From Hormoscilla sp. (lineage in GTDB: Bacteria; Cyanobacteriota; Cyanobacteriia; Cyanobacteriales; Desertifilaceae), in assembly GCA_051439505.1 (NCBI GenBank), contig JBFRWI010000015.1, forward strand, positions 1 through 27,320: a stretch of DNA of 27,320 nucleotides, in the 5' to 3' direction. The translations under genes and the position numbers were made by a program. The notes beneath the pieces were generated by a model, which did no database searches, was not told the origin of the DNA, and saw nothing but the letters and a program-made list of their open reading frames with translations. Positions 1-8,235 of this stretch are shown piece by piece; the first letter of the stretch is position 1, and every line of letters begins with the position of its first letter.

Positions 1-1256
1 AACCATTGTCTAGTTCTGACATGAGATTGAACATATATGACGCGATAGTCCCGTTGTTCTTCAATGTATTGCTTCCAACCTCTTTGGGCAAGTCGATCTA
101 GTTGTTCGGCTATAACTGTGCCTGCGACCTGACTAAGTCTCGTGGGAACTGCATTACCAATCTGGGCATACTGTTGAGCAACAGAACCAGCTAATTCCCA
201 ATCATCAGGAAACTCCTGAATTCTAGCATACTCTCGAACGGATAAAGCTCTCGTTTCCGTAGGATGGCAGAGTGAAGTGCTGGCATGGTTAGGCATGGTT
301 ACTAGAGTCGGACAGGGTAAATCAAATGTTAGCCGGCGCCACCAACCGGAACGTCCCCCTTTAGCATACCAGGCTTTACCCATTGATTCTTTCTGGATTT
401 CAACAGGTAGACTCCGCCAGTTTGACCCTTCTGGAACCAGGCTGAGGTAGTATTTTTTTCGAGGGCTAAAGTCCATTACAACTGGGTTCTCTTCTCTCAG
501 GTCACCTATGACGTCCCTCAAGGTCGCCCAAGGTTTTTTGTCAGACTCATTACCAAAAAGAGAGAGTTGCATTTCCTTTTCTTCCGATGGCCCGTGTGTT
601 GGGTCGGGAAAGTCAACTACTGCATTGTAGCGATTTCCGATGAAGAGTGCTCTCTCCCGGATCTGCGGCGCACCGTAGTTAACGGCATTGACTTCAAAAC
701 AGTCCATGTGGTAAGAAGCCCCGGGAATATTTTGTAAGTCACTGGCAAAAAGCTTAACCACAGAACCGGGCTCTTCGTCAGGTTCTAATGCTAAACCGCC
801 CTTGTTGGGACGTTTGGCGATCGGGCGGTGGCGAAGGGCTGCGGAGAGGAGCCCGCGCACGTTCTCCATGAGAAAGAATTTCGGCTTGATAACTTCAATA
901 AAGTTCAGGTATTGCCAAAGTAAAGTCCCCCGTGGGTCTTGCACTGTTCGACGCTTTCCTGCTGTACTGAATGACTGACAGGGTGGCCCACCCACTATCA
1001 GGTCTAGTTCCTCGGGTTGAAGACCAATTGCATCTAATACTTCTGATGGGCTAATATCACAAATATCTCTCTGGAAGACTTTCATATTGCGATCTAGTTT
1101 GCCCGCTTGCTGATTGCGACGAATCGTTTCTGTACAGGCATTATCTTTTTCAATACATGCTAAGATTCTAAACCGTCCTGTAGATTTCAGTCCGAGGTCG
1201 AGACCCATACCACCAGAAAATATGGATACAGCTGTATACTGGCTACTATCTGTCAT
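1..1256 (-). CDS. DNA (cytosine-5)-methyltransferase, 3' end beyond the window edge
   Basis: Hand translation from ATG at 1256: MTDSSQYTAVSIFSGGMGLDLG (motif I), LIVGGPPCQSFS (catalytic PC), FLMENVRG (motif VI), YGAPQIRER (motif VIII), RALSVREYARIQEFP and QIGNAVP (motifs IX/X). The frame stays open to position 1. Confidence 0.95.
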   Translation of the reverse strand, partial: MTDSSQYTAVSIFSGGMGLDLGLKSTGRFRILACIEKDNACTETIRRNQQAGKLDRNMKVFQRDICDISPSEVLDAIGLQPEELDLIVGGPPCQSFSTAGKRRTVQDPRGTLLWQYLNFIEVIKPKFFLMENVRGLLSAALRHRPIAKRPNKGGLALEPDEEPGSVVKLFASDLQNIPGASYHMDCFEVNAVNYGAPQIRERALFIGNRYNAVVDFPDPTHGPSEEKEMQLSLFGNESDKKPWATLRDVIGDLREENPVVMDFSPRKKYYLSLVPEGSNWRSLPVEIQKESMGKAWYAKGGRSGWWRRLTFDLPCPTLVTMPNHASTSLCHPTETRALSVREYARIQEFPDDWELAGSVAQQYAQIGNAVPTRLSQVAGTVIAEQLDRLAQRGWKQYIEEQRDYRVIYVQSHVRTRQW

Positions 1257-1389
1257 TTTGGCGATGCTCTCAATTGTCTAGTATTATCATAGTATACATC
1301 TTTTTACGTAGGCAGGGGGAATATTTTCCCGGGCAACTATTCTGTTGCCGATGTGAGAAGATGGATGAAGCTGTAAATGTTGTGGCAAT

Positions 1390-3315
1390 ATGACTGAAGC
1401 GCAAGTGGCACCCTATGGTGCTTGGAAATCTCCTATCTCCTCAGACCTGATTGTGGCAGGGGTTGTGGGACTGGCCGAACCTACCCTGGATGGAGATGAT
1501 GTCTATTGGATTGAAGGACGACCGGCTGAAGGGGGACGCTATGCGATCGCCCGCTACTCCCGTGATGGACAAGTCTCTGATGTGACGCCATCTCCTTTTA
1601 ATGTCCGTACCCGCGTTCACGAGTATGGCGGCGGTGCCTATCTTGTCAGTGAGGGTGTGGTTTATTTCTCGAATTTCAAAGATCAACGTCTTTACCGCCA
1701 GACTGTCGGCGAAGAACCGCAACCGATAACGCCAGAGGCACCCCTACGTTATGCTAATGCTGTCATTGATAAGCTGCGAAATCGTCTGATTTGCGTGCAG
1801 GAAGACCATTCCGGAGAGGGGGAAGCGGTTAATGCGATCGCCAGCATTAATCTGGAAACAGGAGAGAGTAACCTGCTGGTTTCGGGAAATGATTTTTATT
1901 CTTCGCCTCGCCTGAGTCCGGATGGTTCTCAATTGTGTTGGTTAACCTGGAATCATCCTAATATGCCCTGGGATGGTACGGAACTATGGACTGCCCAGAT
2001 CCAAGCAGATGGCAGTTTGGCAGCAGGAACCCTGGTTGCTGGGGGTAAGGATGAATCAGTGTTTCAACCGGAATGGTCTCCAAAGGGCATTTTGCATTTT
2101 GTGTCCGATCGCAGTAACTGGTGGAACCTCTACCGCTACCAAGATGGCCGAGTGGAATCATTGTGCGAAAAGGCGGCAGAGTTTGGACTTCCCCACTGGG
2201 TGTTTGGCATGTCTACCTACGCTTTTGCCTCGGAAAATCAGATTATCTGCACCTACACCGAAGCGGGTAACTGGTACTTGGCAAGTCTGGACACGCAGAC
2301 CAAGCAGCTAGAGTTAATTGAGACTCCCTATACGAGTATCTCTTTTCCTAATGTGGTAGGGGGAAAGGTGGTTTTCCTGGGAGGTTCGGCCACTCAACCG
2401 ACTGAGATTGTCCAGTTAGATTTGTCTAGTAAGCAGATCCAGGTATTGCGTCAGTCAACTCAATTGGAAATTGACAAAGGATATCTGTCAGTGCCAGAAT
2501 CAATTGAGTTTCCTACGGAGAAGGAACTGACTGCTTTTGCTTTCTTTTATCCGCCTCAAAATCAGGATTACACTGCCGCTGCTGGGGAAAAACCACCCTT
2601 GCTAGTTAAAAGTCACGGGGGACCGACAGGATCTACTTCTAGTGCTTTGAGTTTGAAGATTCAATATTGGACGAGTCGCGGCTTTGCGGTGCTGGATGTT
2701 AATTATGGTGGTAGCACTGGCTATGGTCGGGAATATCGTCAGCGGCTACAGGACAACTGGGGTATTGTGGATGTGGATGATTGCGTGAATGGGGCGAAGT
2801 ATCTGGTCGAGAAGGGTTTGGTCGATGCTAACAAACTGGCGATCGCGGGTGGCAGTGCGGGGGGTTATACTACTCTAGCAGCCCTGACCTTCCGCGATAC
2901 CTTTAAGGCGGGGGCGAGTCGCTACGGGGTTAGCGACCTAGAGGTCTTGGCCAGGGATACTCATAAGTTTGAGTCCCGCTATCTGGATGGGTTGATCGGC
3001 CCTTATCCGGAAGGTCAGGATTTATATGTTGCCCGATCGCCCATTCACTTCACGAACCAGCTTTCCTGTCCGGTCATTTTCTTGCAAGGACTCGAAGATA
3101 AAATTGTCCCACCCAACCAAGCAGAAATGATGGTTGACGCCCTGAAAGCTAAGGGTTTACCTGTGGCCTATGTTGCCTTTGAGGGGGAACAGCATGGTTT
3201 CCGCAAAGCAGAGAATATCAAGCGTTCTCTGGATGGGGAGTTTTACTTCTACTCGCGGGTTTTCGGTTTTACTCCTGCTGACGATATAGAACCCGTCAAG
3301 ATTGAGAATCTTTAG
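1390..3315 (+). CDS. S9 family (prolyl oligopeptidase/acylaminoacyl) peptidase
   Basis: N-terminal beta-propeller-like region, HGGP, nucleophile elbow [15 protein letters not shown] (Asp), GEQHGF (His). Confidence 0.93.
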   Translation: MTEAQVAPYGAWKSPISSDLIVAGVVGLAEPTLDGDDVYWIEGRPAEGGRYAIARYSRDGQVSDVTPSPFNVRTRVHEYGGGAYLVSEGVVYFSNFKDQRLYRQTVGEEPQPITPEAPLRYANAVIDKLRNRLICVQEDHSGEGEAVNAIASINLETGESNLLVSGNDFYSSPRLSPDGSQLCWLTWNHPNMPWDGTELWTAQIQADGSLAAGTLVAGGKDESVFQPEWSPKGILHFVSDRSNWWNLYRYQDGRVESLCEKAAEFGLPHWVFGMSTYAFASENQIICTYTEAGNWYLASLDTQTKQLELIETPYTSISFPNVVGGKVVFLGGSATQPTEIVQLDLSSKQIQVLRQSTQLEIDKGYLSVPESIEFPTEKELTAFAFFYPPQNQDYTAAAGEKPPLLVKSHGGPTGSTSSALSLKIQYWTSRGFAVLDVNYGGSTGYGREYRQRLQDNWGIVDVDDCVNGAKYLVEKGLVDANKLAIAGGSAGGYTTLAALTFRDTFKAGASRYGVSDLEVLARDTHKFESRYLDGLIGPYPEGQDLYVARSPIHFTNQLSCPVIFLQGLEDKIVPPNQAEMMVDALKAKGLPVAYVAFEGEQHGFRKAENIKRSLDGEFYFYSRVFGFTPADDIEPVKIENL

Positions 3316-3318
3316 CCC

Positions 3319-3351
3319 AGAAACCAGGTTTGTTGTCAAAACCTGGTTTCT
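3319..3351. terminator. Inverted repeat AGAAACCAGGTTT..AAACCTGGTTTCT after the peptidase stop (REP-like, possible terminator)
   Basis: Perfect 13-bp stem between convergent genes; a related half-motif AAACCGGGTTTCT follows ycf29 at about 13473-13486. Confidence 0.55.
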
Positions 3352-3386
3352 TAATTCCTGCTGTAATTCTCAATTGAGATGAGCCC

Positions 3387-3416
3387 GGTTGGGTTTCCGC
3401 ACGAAACCCAACCTAC
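3387..3416. repeat. REP-like palindrome GGTTGGGTTTC..GAAACCCAACCTAC
   Basis: Hairpin ending in CTAC; the same family occurs at about 8118-8145 and 8162-8190. Confidence 0.75.
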
Positions 3417-3462
3417 GATATTAATCTATTGTCCGGATGTTATATTACAGCATCTCCCGAAG

Positions 3463-4419
3463 TTAGACAACAGTATCGGATACGGGTTCTATAGTAGCTT
3501 GCAATTCAAAAGATCCCGATCCTAGGGTAACCTCATCTATCCCCAAGGACTCTAGCAAACTCATTCCTCCTGACAGGATAGGTGGCATCTCTATTCCCAG
3601 TATATCAAGAGATGAATCAATTTCACTCAAGTCCAGACTGACCGTTACTTCTCCTGATGCTGTCACGATCGCCCCCGTATCGATGGCATCGGATAGCACA
3701 TCTGGATCGGCCACATTCAGTTCCAGGGAATTAGTCTGGTTGTCGAAGCTGAAGTCAAATCCTGTAATGTCCGTTTCCGCCGTGACGGTGCCATTTCCCC
3801 CTGTTAACTCGATATCGAATAAATTTCCTAATGCTTCGGCGGCATCCTCTAGAGTGATATCCCCTACATCGGGAATCTCTACTCCATCTAAGATGCCCGC
3901 GATCGGCCCTTCGGAGGGAAAAGTAATGCTCAACTCCCCGTCTGGCGCTGGTGCGATCGCGATTAAAGTATCTCCCGTTGGCGTTGTTACATCTAATTCG
4001 ATTTCCGCGACCGACTCCGCGATCAAACTTGACAAATCTGCCAGAGTATCTTGAGGACTCAACCCCAGGATACTGCTGACCAAGGGGACATCGACAACGA
4101 CATTTTCATCTACAGCTTCTTCCAGTGCCTCCGTGACAACCGTCACTTCACCTGTGGCACTGGCGTCAAAGCTAACTTCTGTCGGTAATCCCACCATCAT
4201 GGCCATCAGGGGGTTACCGGCTTGGACATCCCCGGAAATCGCCACCTCTATATTGTAGGCTGTGGTATCTGCTGCTGGTTCGGCTGCGAGAACTTGCGCT
4301 ACTGAGGTCGTTTCATTATCTATCTCCCTTGACGCTACAGCATCGTTTTCTTCAGAAAGAAGACGTTTGTGACGGCGGCGTGCGAATCGATTTCTTTTTC
4401 TTTTGATTTCCTCAGGCAT
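3463..4419 (-). CDS. Hypothetical extremely acidic protein with a basic N-terminus
   Basis: 318-aa ORF with GGAG upstream of the ATG; D/E/T/S/V/G-rich; no recognisable family. Confidence 0.75.
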   Translation of the reverse strand: MPEEIKRKRNRFARRRHKRLLSEENDAVASREIDNETTSVAQVLAAEPAADTTAYNIEVAISGDVQAGNPLMAMMVGLPTEVSFDASATGEVTVVTEALEEAVDENVVVDVPLVSSILGLSPQDTLADLSSLIAESVAEIELDVTTPTGDTLIAIAPAPDGELSITFPSEGPIAGILDGVEIPDVGDITLEDAAEALGNLFDIELTGGNGTVTAETDITGFDFSFDNQTNSLELNVADPDVLSDAIDTGAIVTASGEVTVSLDLSEIDSSLDILGIEMPPILSGGMSLLESLGIDEVTLGSGSFELQATIEPVSDTVV

Positions 4420-4543
4420 AGTCCATCTCCATTCTGGGAATATCTGAGTTCCATTCTAGTTTATCACATTCGAGGGTCGGGTGGGCAGTGTCCGCCGAGG
4501 GAGTTGCGATCGGTCCCATCCCAAATGTGTACTTACACAAGCG

Positions 4544-4647
4544 ATGGTGGTGGGCGGTGCCCACCCTACGTCTCTTCACCAGTACCCTAGTCGGTTTTAA
4601 CCGATGATTTCGTTTACCCTCGACAACAGCCGATCGGCCAACTCGAA
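4544..4647. repeat. Direct-repeat copy of 5251-5421 (REP plus 3' end of the DUF1822 gene), with an internal deletion
   Basis: TGGGCGGTGCCCACCCTAC.TCTCTTCACCAGTA..TAGTCGGTTTT and TTAACCGATGATTTCGTTTACC..CAACAGCCGATCGGCCAACTCGAA are present in both places. Confidence 0.85.
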
Positions 4648-4664
4648 CTCCCGCCCCATAATTT

Positions 4665-5194
4665 TTAACTGGTAACGGCTAACTGGTAACTGTTGACTAA
4701 AACGATCGGAGTGATTGTCGCCCAATTAGGAGTATAAGCAGAAACTTGCAAGAAATCACAGACCGGTTTTTGGCCCAAGATATCAAAGACCAACTCGGGT
4801 GTGGTCAAAAGTAGTTGGAGAGGATCCCCCCCAAACCCCCCCTTCCAAAAGGGGGGGCCTTCCTTAAGCCCCCCTTTTCAAGGGGGGTTTGGGGGGATCC
4901 GGCGACTGGGAGGGCCGTCCGAACGATCAACGGGTTTTGACCACACCCGACCAACTCTTGCAGTTCCCGTGACAAATCAGACAAACCAGTTAAGGGAAAA
5001 CTGCGCCTGCCCATCTCCGTATTTTGCGATAAAATCGAGTAATCTAACAAAATCAGACTTATCGCCTTACCTGCTTGTCTATCAATACGTAAGAGGATAT
5101 GGTCTGTCAGTTCTATTCCCGTCCCGATCGCGCCCCGTTCAAAATTCACCCTTAGGGTATCGCTAACTTCATCATACTTAATCAGAGTGCTCAT
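4665..5194 (-). pseudogene. DUF2283-family (putative antitoxin-type) gene interrupted by a MITE
   Basis: N-terminus IKYDEVSDTLRVNF..GIELTDHILLRID is DUF2283-like. Removing 4797-4948 plus one TSD restores ..LQELV-FDILGQKPVCDFLQVSAYTPNW..AVTS-stop at 4665. Confidence 0.8.
4797..4948. mobile_element. 152-bp MITE with 14-bp TIR and 9-bp target-site duplication
   Basis: TIR GGGTGTGGTCAAAA (4797-4810) / TTTTGACCACACCC (4935-4948); TSD GACCAACTC at 4788-4796 and 4949-4957; internal CCCCCTT-n-AAGGGGG hairpins; second copy at 27195. Confidence 0.93.
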
Positions 5195-5295
5195 CTCATT
5201 AACCTATCACCTTACCATAACGGCAGTATACTCTTAGACCGGGTGAGGTAATGGTTGTGGGCGGTGCCCACCCTACATCTCTTCACCAGTATTAT

Positions 5296-5349
5296 AGTCG
5301 GTTTTCAACCGACTTTAGCTATTAGCCGTGGGTTTGCAACCCACGGCGG
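5296..5349. repeat. Double-hairpin REP-like element (AGTCGGTTTTCAACCGACT..CCGTGGGTTTGCAACCCACGG)
   Basis: Same family as 7310-7361 and 7949-8000 (shared AGCTATTAGCCGTGGGTT linker). Confidence 0.75.
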
Positions 5350-5370
5350 GCCAGGAGACAACTCGACGCT

Positions 5371-6147
5371 TTAACCGATGATTTCGTTTACCTTCTCCAA
5401 CAGCCGATCGGCCAACTCGAATATATCTTCTTCATCGAGACTCTCGCCCAAGACATTATCTTCCTTGGTGAGTAGTTCCCGGTCTCCAGATGCTACCGGT
5501 TCTTTGACGGACATATACTTCACAATTTCCCTGAGTTGCTTTCCCTCATTGGGGATCTTGACGATCTGTTCTAATTGTGCCGCAAAGTCTGAGGTAGACC
5601 GAGTTCCCAGGAATTCTCGGAACTCCATGGCTGCGGGGTCGGGACTTTCCAACAATTCTCCCACAGATTCAAACCAACTGATGTAGTCCAGCAGGTCTTC
5701 TAAGGAACCCATTTCTGATAATAGTACCTCTGAGGTCTCTGGTTCTAGGTCTATTGTCTTGACAAATCCCCATAGTTGGGCTTCACTCAAAGATTGGTCT
5801 AGACCCACGGCTACGTAGCCCCGACAGTTGGTCGCCCGATCGGGGGACAATTGCATTATCTCCTCTCCTGGACGTACAGCACGACATTCGATCTTTCCCA
5901 TCTGGGGAATGACCAGATCCGCTACGTCGAAGAGCGATCGCATACTTGGGTGCCAACTATCGCCCGTGAGTTCGGAGTCAATTTGCAGCCATTGCAGGTA
6001 GCTGCGCACGGCATACACGGCGAGGGTATTCAGGTAAACTTGTTCTGCTTTGGCCCCATTGGTTTGTTCGGCGGCAAACCTGCGGGCCAGGTGATGTGCC
6101 TCCCCAATTAGGGGGACTTTGATGGGGGTAAAATCTATCTTGTTCAT
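5371..6147 (-). CDS. DUF1822 family protein (N-terminal domain only, acidic helical tail)
   Basis: AEQVYLNTLAVYAVRSYLQWLQI..DSWHP..DVADLVIPQMGKIECRAV..GYVAV..AQLWGF is the DUF1822 signature. Start moved to ATG 6147 (MNKIDF), just after the upstream stop. Confidence 0.85.
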   Translation of the reverse strand: MNKIDFTPIKVPLIGEAHHLARRFAAEQTNGAKAEQVYLNTLAVYAVRSYLQWLQIDSELTGDSWHPSMRSLFDVADLVIPQMGKIECRAVRPGEEIMQLSPDRATNCRGYVAVGLDQSLSEAQLWGFVKTIDLEPETSEVLLSEMGSLEDLLDYISWFESVGELLESPDPAAMEFREFLGTRSTSDFAAQLEQIVKIPNEGKQLREIVKYMSVKEPVASGDRELLTKEDNVLGESLDEEDIFELADRLLEKVNEIIG

Positions 6148-6152
6148 GGCGT

Positions 6153-6956
6153 TTAGTCCTGGTAATATTGGGCAGCAATTTCTTTCAGCATGGGGAAGAC
6201 TCGGCGAGTCCAAAATGCTCTGACTGTTCCTATGGGTTGGCCAAAATCAGCAGCCAGACTGTCTAAGGTTTGTTTCCCCAGTTTGTGCTTGATAATTACT
6301 ACCTGGGCATTACATGCGGGACATTTCTTGAGATGGCAGTTTCGCAATTTTTTCCCGGGATCTGCTTCCACCTGGTCGCGGATCTGCTGCAATATCTCGG
6401 CGGCGGTCTTGGTTTCCTGTTGGATTAATTTATCCCAGGGCAGCATTGGTTGGGTCCAGGTTTCAGGGGGTTTAGCAGTTTCGCTATCTGCTAGAGTTTG
6501 TCCGGACTCTCCCACAGGACGGTCTAGGGAATCTGGTTTTTTGGGATCTTGCCTGTAGAGTTCGATTTTCCGATACTTCAACTGGCCGATGTTATTCAGA
6601 AAGACTGCCAAGTTAGCTTGAATTGACCGGCCCTCGAACAGCTTCAATTCCCTTAGCCGCGTGGACATGACGCCGAGGATATAATTCTTGGCTTCGGCGA
6701 ATTCTGGATGACTGGAATTCGCCAAATTTTCCAGGGATTGAAGTTCCCGGATCAGTTGATTCTGCGCCCGCCGCCATTCCCGTGTCTCCTTGAGGTTGGG
6801 AGGCGGGTTCGACTGAGAATACTTGCTGACGGTGAGGATCAGGTCGATGATTTCCTCGTCCCCAGGGGCTTTGTGGGGATGGTTCCTCAACATGGCCTCG
6901 AATTCTTCGTAGTTCATCGGTCCCTTGGGTTGAGTTAGCTGGTTACTCATGTTCAT
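6153..6956 (-). CDS. Divergent sigma-70-like / C-terminal HTH regulator
   Basis: SLDRPV linker, then EADPGKKLRNCHLKKCPACNAQVV..TLDSLAADFGQPIGTVRAFWTRRVFPML (region-4-like HTH), paralogous to the C-terminus of 16512-17135; GGAGG RBS. Confidence 0.75.
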   Translation of the reverse strand: MNMSNQLTQPKGPMNYEEFEAMLRNHPHKAPGDEEIIDLILTVSKYSQSNPPPNLKETREWRRAQNQLIRELQSLENLANSSHPEFAEAKNYILGVMSTRLRELKLFEGRSIQANLAVFLNNIGQLKYRKIELYRQDPKKPDSLDRPVGESGQTLADSETAKPPETWTQPMLPWDKLIQQETKTAAEILQQIRDQVEADPGKKLRNCHLKKCPACNAQVVIIKHKLGKQTLDSLAADFGQPIGTVRAFWTRRVFPMLKEIAAQYYQD

Positions 6957-7060
6957 GCCGCAGTCCTCCGACTTTGTTGCATGGCTTTTTCTCCTTTATT
7001 ACATCTGTGGGGCGGATATCCCCTTCAGCACTGGTTCCGATGGTCGGCCTGGATTACCGG

Positions 7061-7229
7061 GCGGGTACCACCGGTTGCTACAGGGGGGATCGTCTATCTA
7101 GTCTTCGACTCGGGCGAGGAAGTTTATGCAATTTTTGGCGATCGAAGGCAGGTACCACCGGTTGCTACAGGGGGTATCCCCTATCTGGTCTTCGACTCGG
7201 GCCAGGAGGTTTATGCAATTTTTGGTGAT
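7061..7229. repeat. Two-copy tandem repeat, 87-bp period, upstream of the sigma-like gene
   Basis: GGTACCACCGGTTGCTACAGGGGG..GTCTTCGACTCGGGC.AGGA.GTTTATGCAATTTTTGG.GAT starts at 7064 and 7151. Confidence 0.9.
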
Positions 7230-7309
7230 GGGTGAAATGTGATGAGGCTGGAAACGATCGCCTCTAAACCGGCGTTACCAGTCAATTAGTCAATTAGTCT
7301 CCTGGCCCG

Positions 7310-8000
7310 CCGTGGGTTTAAACCCACGGTTAATAGCTTAAGTGGGTTAAAACCCACTCTCTTGCCTTATCAGATGCGCGTTTTACCCTCGTGTCTAGGC
7401 TCCGCTTATCCCTGGGAGGCGATCGCAGTGGCCACTTTTGGTCACGCCCATGGTGGATGCTGACCTTGGTGGTAAAACGGGAGTACACCATCCCAACGCT
7501 GGCTTTGTGGAATAACAGCACTAGGGTTTGCGGAATGACAGCACTAGGGTTTGCGAAATAACAGCATTAGGTTTTTTCGAGTAACAGCACTAGGTTTTTC
7601 CGAATGACAGCATTAGGTTAGGCAGCTAATGTACAGGTTAGGCAGCCAATGCAGCCTGCCAGTTTCACCAAAAACTGCCCCCAAACTCCAAATGGACAAT
7701 GTAGCAACTGGCGATCGCCTGTGGGGAGATCGCTTCATTGACGGGGGCAAGACCACACCCGTGGCAACCGGCTGGCACCGGTGTAGACGCTGCCACGCCC
7801 GAACCCTAAAGGGTCCGGCTACAGATCCCTTCGCCCGCCTGCGCGGGCTTAATTATAAAATTCCTCGTTTGACTCGTTCCCTGGCGGAGCCTGGGAAAGC
7901 ACACCCGAGGCTCTAAAAATCGGCGAGCATCATTTTAGCGACAATGTTGAGAGTGGGTTTTAACCCACTTAAGCTATTAGCCGTGGGTTAAAACCCGAGG
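7310..8000. repeat. Segment bounded by ~52-bp inverted REP-like ends (7310-7361 and 7949-8000)
   Basis: CCGTGGGTTTAAACCCACGGTTAATAGCTTAAGTGGGTTAAAACCCACTCTC is the near-perfect reverse complement of 7949-8000. Confidence 0.8.
7509..7623. repeat. Five 23-bp tandem repeats (nnARTRACAGCAYTAGGKTTnnn), followed by two 20-bp AGGTTAGGCAGCYAATG repeats
   Basis: Units start at 7509, 7532, 7555, 7578 and 7601. Confidence 0.9.
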
Positions 8001-8117
8001 TATCTCGTGGGTAGTGCGAATAGCGCTCCCACGAGATACCGAAGGCGGGCCAGGAGACTTATCGAGAATGGTCCAAGATGTCAAGAGAGTGTCTTGCGTT
8101 ACAAAGAGTGTTGGGTG

Positions 8118-8235
8118 TTGGGTTTCGTGCGGAAACCCAACCTACAGTTACTCAAGTGGGTGTTGGGTTTCGTGTCTCAACCCAACCTACAGGAAAACGC
8201 ACAGTTGCGGGGATGGTGGGCGGTGCCCACCCTAC
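8118..8235. repeat. Cluster of three GTAG-type REP palindromes
   Basis: Two GTTGGGTTTCG..CCCAACCTAC copies and one TGGTGGGCGGTGCCCACCCTAC; the latter family also occurs at about 4548, 5257 and 20094. Confidence 0.8.

Noticed and set aside
4801..5166. 121-aa plus-strand ORF, and the PLEKGG tail of ORF 4805-5194
   Set aside because: Both are read-throughs of the MITE or antisense to DUF2283.
7509..7623. CRISPR array
   Set aside because: Units are head-to-tail with no unique spacers, and there are no cas genes in the window.
7751..7760. Possible third MITE end (GACCACACCC)
   Set aside because: Only 10 of 14 TIR bases, with no partner TIR, TSD or internal hairpins.
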